Assembly (NCBI RefSeq): GCF_002075285.3
Contig: NZ_CP021983.2
Coordinates: 2,100,001-2,132,000, forward strand
Length of the DNA stretch: 32,000 nucleotides
Direction of reading: 5' to 3'
DNA from: Halomicronema hongdechloris C2206
GTDB lineage: Bacteria > Cyanobacteriota > Cyanobacteriia > Phormidesmidales > Phormidesmidaceae
In this document: one piece after another, positions 1 to 7,801 of the stretch
Position numbering within the stretch: position 1 is the stretch's first letter
How the letters are laid out: each line of letters begins with the position of its first letter
Translations under genes and position numbers: made by a program
The notes under the pieces: generated by a model
Databases searched by the model: none
Seen by the model: only the letters and a program-made list of their open reading frames with translations
Told to the model about the DNA's origin: nothing

Positions 1-482
1 GTGTAGATCACATAGCTGAGCTGCTCGAGTGCGGTAACTGGAGCAGGAGGATAGCTGGGGCTCTCAGCAATGCAGTCCCAATCGGTGTCTAGGCACAGAG
101 GGGAAACTGAGGTGGGTAGCACGCCAACGTGAGCTGCTTGCGTTAGCAAACAACGGGCCTGTGCGTCTTCTAGGATATAGGCCAGTCGCTCTTGAGGGTG
201 GCTCGGATCCAGAGGCACATACGCACCCCCCGCTTTCAGCACCCCTAGCAGTGCAATCACCATCGCCACCGAGCGCTCTAGACATACCCCTACTAAGGTT
301 TCAGGTCCCACGCCTTGGCCCTGCAGGTAATGGGCCAATTGATTGGCCCGACGATTCAACTCGTCATAGGTCAGGTGCTGCTGCTCAAACACTAGCGCCA
401 CTGCCTCCGGGCTGCGCTCCACTTGCGCTTCAAATAACTCATGGAGGCAAGCCTCTGAATACTCAGCCTCCGTCTGATTCCA
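1..482 (-). repeat. Copy 1 (cut by the window edge) of the near-identical Gly A-domain coding repeat
   Basis: By eye, 1-392 is identical to 14077-14468. Positions 430-482 match copy 2 (11344-11396) better than copy 3. Confidence 0.9.
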
Positions 483-1949
483 GTCAACTAAAATATGCCG
501 TTGTTCTTGTTCGCTAAAGAGGGAAAGCTCTGATATAGGTAATTTATAGTCAGTAACAACAGACGCTAATAAATTTTGGAAATGTGAAGTTAGGTCAGCA
601 ATAGTAATTTCATTAAATAAATCTAGACTGTACTCTACTTGTCCTCGAATTGCTTGATCGACTTCAGACAAATTAAAACGTAATTCAAATTTTGTTGTTT
701 CGCTTTCTATTGGAAAAGTCTCTAAGTTCAAGCCAGACAGCCTTAGTTCATCTACAGAAGCAAGCTGAAAATCAAACTTGACTTGAAATAGTGGATTGAC
801 TCGACTGAGATCTCGTTCGGGCTTTAAATACTCAACTAATCTTTCAAAAGGCAGATCTTGATGAGCATAAGCTTCTAGTGTTACTTCACGAACTTTTTGT
901 ACTACCTCTTGAAAGGTAAAACTGCTGTTCAGCTTTGTTCGTAGCACTAATGTATTTACTAAGAGGCCAATTAATCCCTCAGTTTCGATCTGGTTTCGAT
1001 TAGCAATATCAGTGCCTATAACAATGTCTTCTTGATTGGAATATTTATAAAGTAAGATCTTAAATGTTGTCAATAGTAAGACAAACAAGCTTATCCCTTC
1101 TTGGGCACTCAGTTGCTTCAACGCTGCAGTAAGCGGTCTTGACAATGTAATAGGATATCGACCTCCACGAAATGTTGGTGTAGTTGGTCGAGACTTATCC
1201 GTCGGAAGTTCTAGCATCGACATATCAGCAAGCTGCTGGTGCCAATAGCTCAGCTGTTTTTCTAATCTCTCTCTCTGTAGCCATTGCCGTTGCCAGAGTG
1301 CCCAATCCGCATATTGAATTGGCAAATCAAGCAGGGGAGACGGTTCACCTTTTGAAAACGCTTCATAGAGGGCCTTAAATTCTCGTGTTAGGATGCCCAA
1401 AGACCAGCGATCAGCAATAATATGATGAAGTGTTAGTAGCAACACATGATCTGTCTCACCTAGACGCAGAAGAGCAAGCCTCGAGGATGATTGAGAAAGA
1501 TCAAAAGGCAGCTGTGAAATTTGTCTAACTAAATCTTGAGATTCTGAAGTTAGCTGAGGTACTTGAGTCAGATCAAAAACAGGCAATCTCACAGAAGTTG
1601 ACTCAATAACCTGCATGGGGTTTCCTTCATCGTCGCTTATAAAGCGAGTTCGCAAGGTTTCATGGCGCCTGAATAGCTCATGAAAAACTCGATACAGTAT
1701 TGCTATTTTAAGCTCACCCCGAAGACGTAGTGCTAAAGGAATATTGTAGGCTGTGTTCGATGGATCGAGTTGCTGAATGAACCATAATCTTTGTTGAGCA
1801 AAGGATAAAGGTGGATTATCTGAGCCTTCTCGCTTAGGAATTATCTGAGACTCGGAATACTGCAATTGCTTTTGCTTTAGCCGAAGCTCAAGCAACTTCC
1901 TTTGCTTGGGTGATAGGGTGGCAATTTGTTGAGAAAGATCTTCTGACAT
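1..1949 (-). CDS. NRPS, 3'-truncated by the window edge: N-terminal docking-like helix, C domain, and the first ~150 aa of a Gly-type A domain
   Basis: Not in the supplied ORF track because it has no stop inside the window. My own reverse-strand translation from the ATG at 1947-1949 reads MSEDLSQQIATLSPKQRKLLELRLKQKQLQ..PLSFAQQRLWFIQQLDPSNTAYNI..LHHIIADRWS (1401-1427)..IANRNQIETEGLIGLLVNTLVLR..AYAHQDLPFERLVEYLKPERD..LVDWNQTEAEYSEACLHELFEAQVERSPEAVALVFEQQH.. with no stop codon seen down to position 1. The frame matches the repeat copies inside the 9510-16043 NRPS. Confidence 0.9.
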   Translation of the reverse strand, partial: MSEDLSQQIATLSPKQRKLLELRLKQKQLQYSESQIIPKREGSDNPPLSFAQQRLWFIQQLDPSNTAYNIPLALRLRGELKIAILYRVFHELFRRHETLRTRFISDDEGNPMQVIESTSVRLPVFDLTQVPQLTSESQDLVRQISQLPFDLSQSSSRLALLRLGETDHVLLLTLHHIIADRWSLGILTREFKALYEAFSKGEPSPLLDLPIQYADWALWQRQWLQRERLEKQLSYWHQQLADMSMLELPTDKSRPTTPTFRGGRYPITLSRPLTAALKQLSAQEGISLFVLLLTTFKILLYKYSNQEDIVIGTDIANRNQIETEGLIGLLVNTLVLRTKLNSSFTFQEVVQKVREVTLEAYAHQDLPFERLVEYLKPERDLSRVNPLFQVKFDFQLASVDELRLSGLNLETFPIESETTKFELRFNLSEVDQAIRGQVEYSLDLFNEITIADLTSHFQNLLASVVTDYKLPISELSLFSEQEQRHILVDWNQTEAEYSEACLHELFEAQVERSPEAVALVFEQQHLTYDELNRRANQLAHYLQGQGVGPETLVGVCLERSVAMVIALLGVLKAGGAYVPLDPSHPQERLAYILEDAQARCLLTQAAHVGVLPTSVSPLCLDTDWDCIAESPSYPPAPVTALEQLSYVIY

Positions 1950-1987
1950 GACTAGATCCAAATTTGACTATTTCTCTTTGAATTATC

Positions 1988-3058
1988 TTAGTAAGTCTCA
2001 GCCATTCGTCTGGTTGGACTCTGAAAATTATCTTTTAGTTCTTTAAGGTGTGGCAACCCACTCATGACTGCATCAACATCAGGATTGAAATCAATTAGGC
2101 AAGCTGCTTCATCGACTCCAGCTTGCTCAAGCCGCTTAACCATTGTTGCGCAGGTTTCTTGTGAGCCGATCAGGGTTCTTCCTTTCAGCCATCCTTCGTA
2201 GGCAAACGACAACAAGCTGTTGATGTCGTCATCTGAAAACTCTTTCAAGCTGATATTAACATTAAGCCCTTTTGCCAACTGTTCTAGCAATCCAAGGTGG
2301 GTCTTTAGATAGCTATAAAAAGGCTGCCTAACCTGCTCCTTAACCGTGTCAAAATCGTCTCCAACAAAGGTGTGTAGCATCATCGCTACTTTTTTGGCGT
2401 GGGGATCATGTCCATGTTCAGCTAAAGTTTGACGATAGCCCTGTATTTGCGCAGCCACTTCTTCTAAGTTTCCGCTTAGGAGAGAAGTCAACACATTGGC
2501 CCCCACTTCACCAGCCTTGAGGAAGGTGTTAGTCGATTGACAAACGATCCAAGTCGGGAGTTCGGGTTGAAGGGGCTTGGGAAATGTTTTCAGCTGGAAA
2601 GCCTTCCCTTCTGGATCTAACAGCTCTATAGGTTCCCCAGCCCATAGCTTTTGCAATGCGCTGATACCATTCCACATCGTATCTTTGCGATTCCCATAGC
2701 TTTCGTTAGACAAGACAAAGTCATCTAGGGTCCAGCCCGAGGCAAAGGCAAGGTCAACCCTACCCTGAGACAGATTGTCCACGACGGCCCATTCTTCAGC
2801 CACCCGAGCCGGATTATGCAACGGCATCACAACACTGCCTGCTCTGAGTCTGACCCGCTCTGTGATCATGGCCAGGGCCGCACTGGTGAGTGAGGGATTG
2901 GGATAGAGCCCACCAAAAGGATGAAAGTGGCGCTCTGGCGTCCATAGGGCAGAGAAGTGATGCAGTTCTGCAAATTTTGCACTTTCGAGCAATAGCCGAT
3001 ATTTGTCAGGCTGATCAGTTGACCCGTCACCAGAGAAATAAAATAAGCTGAAATCCAT
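1988..3058 (-). CDS. Luciferase-like (LLM-class) flavin-dependent monooxygenase of the natural-product-cluster type
   Basis: 356-aa ORF. The N-terminus MDFSLFYFSGDG..KYRLLLESAKFAELHHFSALWTPERHFHPFGGLYPNPSL..AGSVVMPLHNPARVAEEWAVVDNLSQGRVDLAFASGW is typical of bacterial luciferase-like monooxygenases found in NRPS/PKS clusters. It lies 41 nt downstream of the PKS and 38 nt upstream of the next NRPS. Confidence 0.8.
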   Translation of the reverse strand: MDFSLFYFSGDGSTDQPDKYRLLLESAKFAELHHFSALWTPERHFHPFGGLYPNPSLTSAALAMITERVRLRAGSVVMPLHNPARVAEEWAVVDNLSQGRVDLAFASGWTLDDFVLSNESYGNRKDTMWNGISALQKLWAGEPIELLDPEGKAFQLKTFPKPLQPELPTWIVCQSTNTFLKAGEVGANVLTSLLSGNLEEVAAQIQGYRQTLAEHGHDPHAKKVAMMLHTFVGDDFDTVKEQVRQPFYSYLKTHLGLLEQLAKGLNVNISLKEFSDDDINSLLSFAYEGWLKGRTLIGSQETCATMVKRLEQAGVDEAACLIDFNPDVDAVMSGLPHLKELKDNFQSPTRRMAETY

Positions 3059-3099
3059 GGAAAGCTCCCAGTTGTTCTATAGTTTGCGATCTAGCTAGA

Positions 3100-6000
3100 T
3101 TACAGTTCCTGAGCCAGTGCTTGATCGATCTCCTCTGGAGACAAATTCTGAATCTCTTCAACAAACGCCGCGATTTCGTGTTCCGTCTCCAGGTGCGACT
3201 GTTGTTCGCTAATGATGGTGGCTAGTCCTGCAACGGTCGGTGCATCGAACAAAATAGCCTTTAACGGCAGATCGACCTGGAATATCTCTCGTAAGCGAGA
3301 GGTCACCTGTACAGCCAGCAGAGAATGGCCCCCCAGCTCAAAGAAATTATCATGAATACCGACCTGCTCGATGCCAATTAGGGTTTGCCAGATGTGAGCG
3401 ATCGCAACTTCTACATCATTCTGAGGAGCCACATAAGTACTCTGAACATTAGGCCTAGCATGCTGTTTAAGCACCTCTAGGCTTTTCTTAGGTTCAAGTT
3501 TAATCGATTGATCAAATCGTTGCTGCAAGTCTCCAGTAGAAGCGACAACTTGACCAGCATCAACCCTAGCTAATACCCGTAGAAAAGCTTCCCAGACTTC
3601 CCCTGGTGTCATCGCCAATTCAGTTGACAAATCAGGAAGCGATTCACTTTGAGATTCTGTTTTTCGCCCAGTGTGAAACGCTTGACGATTGACGCTTAAC
3701 CAGGGAATCTCTTTTTGCATCTGATTCTGTTGATGGATAATAGCATCCATACTTAGATAAGCTGCAGCATAGTTAGCTAGTCCTAAACCTCCTAAAACAC
3801 AAGACATTGAAGACTGTAAGAGACAGAAGTCTAGTGAAATTCCTTGTAAGGCATTGCATAGACTCGATAAGCTATAAATCTTCTGAAAGTGTTGTTCACA
3901 ATCGGTTAGATCTATTTCTTCAATGGCAGACACTGCTTTTTCGGCTGTAATTTCGGGAAGATATAGAACACCATGAATCTTGCCAAAGTGTTCCAGAACT
4001 TGATGAATTGCTGCCTGAATTTGATCGGTTTGAGTATCATTGAATTCGATCAGAAATACCTCAGCTTTATCCTCTAATACCTGTAACTGACGAATAATAT
4101 CACTCGTCTGATCTGAACCATCATGGGTATCTAACCAAGCTTGCCAACTCTCTCGATGTGGAAGTCCCAGATGACCAATGAATGCAATCTTTGCCTTAGT
4201 TTTTTCTATTAGAGATTGAGCAAAGGACAATCCCATACCATCAACAAGATCACCAACTAGTAAATAAATTCCATTTTGTCTTAATCGTGGGTGAATCTTC
4301 TGTGTAGCAGGTAAACGGATTGGTTCGAAGGTTTGAGTCCAGCGATGATTCCCTCGATAGGCAATCACCGGATGAGTCGAGGATGTTGTGCATTCCGCTA
4401 GTAATTGCTCTATTAGAGTATCAATGTATGCCGACTTAGGTACCTGAATATCAATACTGCGGCAAGTAAGCTGCGGATACTCTTGAGGGATGACTTTACA
4501 TGGTCCTAAGACAGTGGCCTTTGCTGGAATTAAGGATTCTCCTCCAGTGACCTCATATATCTGATCGGTCACAACATATATCTCGAGAGGATTGGTTAGC
4601 TGTTGAGCAATTGCCCGCGTGAGAAATAGGAGACTGTAAAAACCCCGCTTTTGGTAGGGCTGAAATTCTTGAGCTGAAGACGGTAACGGTGTTTCGGATT
4701 CAGCCGTCACTCCCCATAGATGAACGATTTTCTCCGGAATTTGGTCCGAAGCTTTTAGGGCTTGAATTAGAGCGTCGTAACTCTGTTGCTCCTGGGGATT
4801 AATTTCATAGCAGATGGAACTCAATTGCGAAAACTGCTTACCTAAGGAGACCGTAATAACCGAGTGACCCAACTGATTTAAGCGGTTCGCTAGTCCATCT
4901 CCAATACCACAGGTATCTGTCAATAACAACCAGTGATGGGGCTGGTTGACATCTGGTTTGGGTAGCAATGTTCGCTGCCAGGTTGGCAAATAAAACCAAT
5001 CTGCCGGATCAGGTTTGCGCTTTAGTTCGGACAAATGAGGCTGAGAAGATTCTGCCGATCCCTGAGGTGGATCGATCCAATAGCGCTTACGCTCAAAGGG
5101 ATAGGTTGGCAACAGTACCCGTCGCCGCGATTCGTGGGCTGTAAATCCGCTCCAGTTCGCTGGCACCCCTGCTAGCCAGAGGCGACCTAAGGTGGTTAAA
5201 ATCCCTGCTTGATCAGAGGTAGTGTCCTGAGGATGTCGTAACGACGTTAGCACTAAAGCCTCTGTCGTTTGTTGCTTTGCGAACGTACTCAAGGTTCTGC
5301 CAGGACCCACCTCCAGGAAAATGTACTTGGGCTCCTGTAGTAGAGTTGCCATTCCCGCAGCAAACTGCACCGGTTGACGCAGATGATTAGCCCAGTAGCT
5401 CGGATTGGTGGCTTTTGCTGCTGTCAACCAGGTGCCCGTAAGGTTAGAAACTACGGGAATTTGGGGAGGATTGAGGGAGAGGCTCTGCAGCTGCGCCATG
5501 AAAGGCCTGAGTACAGGCTCCATCATGGATGAATGGAAGGCATGGGAGGTATGCAGTCGACGACTCTTAATACCATGGTCTGATAAACGCTGCTGCAACG
5601 CTTCGATGGCGGCGTCAGACCCTGACACCACTGATAAAGCAGGGGCATTGAGACTGGCAAGAGAGAGCTGATCACTGAGCCAAGGATGAATCTCTGCTCC
5701 AGATAGTGGCACCGAGAGCATAGCACCGGCAGGCATTTGCTGCATCAAGCGTCCCCGGGCTGCAACTAGAGTCAGTGCATCTTCTAGGGAAAAGATTCCA
5801 GCTAAACAGGCCGCAACATATTCACCAATGCTGTGGCCGATCATGGCCTCTGGCCGAATTCCCCAACTCATCCACAGTTGAGCCAGAGCATATTCCACGA
5901 CAAATAGAGCCGGTTGCGCGATCGCTGTCTGCCGTAGTTGAGCCGCAGCATCGTCCTTTGGACTATCGCCATAGAGTACCTGGCGTAGATCTAGACCGAG

Positions 6001-7731
6001 ATGGGGGTGCAGTAACTCGCAACATCCATCCACCTGCTCTCGGAACACGGGTTCATGCTCGTAGAGCTCTCGTCCCATGTGGAGATATTGGGCCCCCTGA
6101 CCAGAGAACATAAACACAATTGGCTGATGCTCATCGTCACTGAGCTGGGTCAGAACCGATGGCGACGTGGGATCACCTAAGGCTTGGACTGCTGTCTCAA
6201 GGTTTCGACAGACCACAAGGCGACGATGCTCAAATGGGCGCCGCCCCACCTGAAGGGTATAGGCGACATCTGCCAGGTTCGCATCAGGATGCTGTTGGAG
6301 ATAATCCGCCAACTGAGTTGTGGCAGTTTCTAAAGCCGTGGGTGTTTTGGCTGACAGTGGTAAGATTTGCCAGGGTCGAGACGCCCCGGAGGGAGGGAGA
6401 GCTGGGGCCTCTTCCAACACAACATGGGCATTGGTGCCACCGATGCCAAAGGAACTAATTCCAGCCCGCCGTGGAGTGCCATTGGCTGCCCACGGCTGTA
6501 GGCGAGTATTGACATAGAAGGGACTGGCCTCAAAGTCAATTTGGGGATTTGGTTGCTCAAAATGAAGACTCGGGGGAATCTGTCGATGTTGGAGGGCTAG
6601 AACTGTTTTAATCAACCCAGCCACGCCGGCAGCGGTATCTAAGTGGCCAATGTTGGTTTTCACAGATCCAATGGCGCAGAAGCCACAGCGATCTGTGCCA
6701 GTGCGGAATGCCTGGGTCAGTGCCGCCAGCTCAATGGGGTCGCCAAGGGAAGTCCCAGTACCATGAGCTTCAATGTAGCTGATGGTATCAGGATTGACTT
6801 CAGCTACCGCCAGGGCCTCAGAGATAACAGCGGCTTGACCATCAATGCTGGGGGCAGTGTAGCCGATTTTCTGCGCCCCATCGTTATTAATGGCAGAGCC
6901 TTTGATCACGGCTAAGATGCGATCGCCCTCTGTTAATGCATCCTCCAAACGCTTGAGGGCCACTACTCCAACACCATTGCCAAATACTGTACCTTTGGCA
7001 TTGGCATCAAAGGCTCGACAGTGACCATCGGCAGACGCAATCCCACCCTCTTGATAAAGGTAACCGGTTTTCTGGGGCACTTTGATGGTAACGCCACCTG
7101 CGATCGCTAGATCACTCTCACCGTTAAGCAGACTTTGACAGGCTAAGTGCACAGCAACCAACGAGGTAGAGCAGGCCGTCTGAATCGTTAGGCTCGGCCC
7201 CTTAAGATTTAATTTATAAGAAATGCTAGTAGATAGATAGTCTTTATCATTGCGGGTCAGTACTTCTAGCCCAGCCGCAGATTCTAACCACTGACGGTTG
7301 GGATATAGATTATTGAGAGAATAGGTGCTGAGGCCGGCTCCGGTGAATAGGCCAATTGGACCTGAGTACTGCTCCGGGTCATAGCCGGCTTGCTCAAGTG
7401 CTTCCCAGACACATTCAATTAAGAGGCGTTGCTGGGGATCGGCAATCTCGGCCTCCCTAGGGGTAAAACCAAAGAAATCAGCATCGAACTTGTCAATGTC
7501 ATCCAGCAGAGTTCCTGCTTTGACATAGTGGGGATCGTTGAGCATGTTATCGTCAACCCCTGCAGCCAATAATTCTTCATCTGCAAAGAAAGAGATTGAT
7601 TCAATTCCCCCCTGCAAATTTCGCCACAGTTGCTCAGCATTGTTGGCTCTGGGAAAACAACCTGACATGGCAATGATGGCAATTTCATCTTTCGGAGATA
7701 TATTTTTGTTTATCTGCAAATCAGTTGCCAT
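3100..7731 (-). CDS. Type I PKS module KS-AT(malonyl-type)-KR(degenerate)-T with an acidic C-terminal tail
   Basis: 1543 aa. KS ~6406-7686 (IQTACSTS Cys187, EAHGTGT, NIGHLD). AT ~5287-6123 (GHSIGE Ser634, HAFHS). KR-like region ~3517-5010, including the structural subdomain. Carrier ~3202-3438 (FFELGGHSL Ser1470). Tail: EHEIAAFVEEIQNLSPEEIDQALAQEL. Confidence 0.95.
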   Translation of the reverse strand: MATDLQINKNISPKDEIAIIAMSGCFPRANNAEQLWRNLQGGIESISFFADEELLAAGVDDNMLNDPHYVKAGTLLDDIDKFDADFFGFTPREAEIADPQQRLLIECVWEALEQAGYDPEQYSGPIGLFTGAGLSTYSLNNLYPNRQWLESAAGLEVLTRNDKDYLSTSISYKLNLKGPSLTIQTACSTSLVAVHLACQSLLNGESDLAIAGGVTIKVPQKTGYLYQEGGIASADGHCRAFDANAKGTVFGNGVGVVALKRLEDALTEGDRILAVIKGSAINNDGAQKIGYTAPSIDGQAAVISEALAVAEVNPDTISYIEAHGTGTSLGDPIELAALTQAFRTGTDRCGFCAIGSVKTNIGHLDTAAGVAGLIKTVLALQHRQIPPSLHFEQPNPQIDFEASPFYVNTRLQPWAANGTPRRAGISSFGIGGTNAHVVLEEAPALPPSGASRPWQILPLSAKTPTALETATTQLADYLQQHPDANLADVAYTLQVGRRPFEHRRLVVCRNLETAVQALGDPTSPSVLTQLSDDEHQPIVFMFSGQGAQYLHMGRELYEHEPVFREQVDGCCELLHPHLGLDLRQVLYGDSPKDDAAAQLRQTAIAQPALFVVEYALAQLWMSWGIRPEAMIGHSIGEYVAACLAGIFSLEDALTLVAARGRLMQQMPAGAMLSVPLSGAEIHPWLSDQLSLASLNAPALSVVSGSDAAIEALQQRLSDHGIKSRRLHTSHAFHSSMMEPVLRPFMAQLQSLSLNPPQIPVVSNLTGTWLTAAKATNPSYWANHLRQPVQFAAGMATLLQEPKYIFLEVGPGRTLSTFAKQQTTEALVLTSLRHPQDTTSDQAGILTTLGRLWLAGVPANWSGFTAHESRRRVLLPTYPFERKRYWIDPPQGSAESSQPHLSELKRKPDPADWFYLPTWQRTLLPKPDVNQPHHWLLLTDTCGIGDGLANRLNQLGHSVITVSLGKQFSQLSSICYEINPQEQQSYDALIQALKASDQIPEKIVHLWGVTAESETPLPSSAQEFQPYQKRGFYSLLFLTRAIAQQLTNPLEIYVVTDQIYEVTGGESLIPAKATVLGPCKVIPQEYPQLTCRSIDIQVPKSAYIDTLIEQLLAECTTSSTHPVIAYRGNHRWTQTFEPIRLPATQKIHPRLRQNGIYLLVGDLVDGMGLSFAQSLIEKTKAKIAFIGHLGLPHRESWQAWLDTHDGSDQTSDIIRQLQVLEDKAEVFLIEFNDTQTDQIQAAIHQVLEHFGKIHGVLYLPEITAEKAVSAIEEIDLTDCEQHFQKIYSLSSLCNALQGISLDFCLLQSSMSCVLGGLGLANYAAAYLSMDAIIHQQNQMQKEIPWLSVNRQAFHTGRKTESQSESLPDLSTELAMTPGEVWEAFLRVLARVDAGQVVASTGDLQQRFDQSIKLEPKKSLEVLKQHARPNVQSTYVAPQNDVEVAIAHIWQTLIGIEQVGIHDNFFELGGHSLLAVQVTSRLREIFQVDLPLKAILFDAPTVAGLATIISEQQSHLETEHEIAAFVEEIQNLSPEEIDQALAQEL
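3398..3405. repeat. HIP1 octamer GCGATCGC
   Basis: Exact match read from the sequence. Confidence 0.95.
3517..5010 (-). other. KR-like domain with degenerate cofactor and catalytic motifs (probable KR0)
   Basis: The Rossmann motif reads IYLLVGDLVDGMGLSF where the paralogous PKS (20442-25955) has VYLITGGLGGLGLAIA. The catalytic stretch reads SSMSCVLGGLGLANYAAAYLSMDA versus SSINAITGGLGQVDYSAGNAFLDA, so Tyr is kept and Asn is replaced by Tyr. The core lies at ~3727-4269. Confidence 0.6.
5918..5925. repeat. HIP1 octamer GCGATCGC
   Basis: Exact match read from the sequence. Confidence 0.95.
6919..6926. repeat. HIP1 octamer GCGATCGC
   Basis: Exact match read from the sequence. Confidence 0.95.
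7100..7107. repeat. HIP1 octamer GCGATCGC
   Basis: Exact match read from the sequence. Confidence 0.95.
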
Positions 7732-7801
7732 TATTAATTCCTAGTCTCTACTTTAAACACGTACTGAGTAGTTGGTCTTTTGAATATATTAGGTAGCTCA
7801 C

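Noticed and set aside
64-285. Minus-strand 73-aa ORFs at 64-285, 10978-11199 and 14140-14361.
   Set aside because: They are out-of-frame overlaps inside the A-domain coding repeat, with low-complexity Gly/Arg/Ser-rich translations. The A-domain frame gives canonical motifs over the same bases.
161-517. Plus-strand ORFs of 100-124 aa at 161-517, 11075-11449 and 14237-14545, with Pro/Ala/Gly/Arg-rich translations, that recur three times.
   Set aside because: They are antisense read-throughs of the GC-rich A-domain repeat. They recur only because the repeat recurs, their ends differ exactly where the repeat copies diverge, and they have no recognisable motifs. The minus-strand NRPS frame explains the region fully.
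1184-1378. A 64-aa plus-strand ORF in a stretch where the track shows no long ORF.
   Set aside because: The region is coding on the minus strand (C domain of the edge-truncated NRPS, which is absent from the track only because it lacks an in-window stop). The plus-strand ORF is antisense noise.
5405-6915. Several 65-112-aa ORFs on both strands (5405-5671, 5523-5726, 5775-6113, 6159-6458, 6320-6517, 6330-6560, 6643-6915), plus similar ones in 20524-25008 and 26886-30915.
   Set aside because: All are nested within the long KS/AT/NRPS reading frames, lack motifs and are typical alternative-frame ORFs of GC-rich coding DNA.
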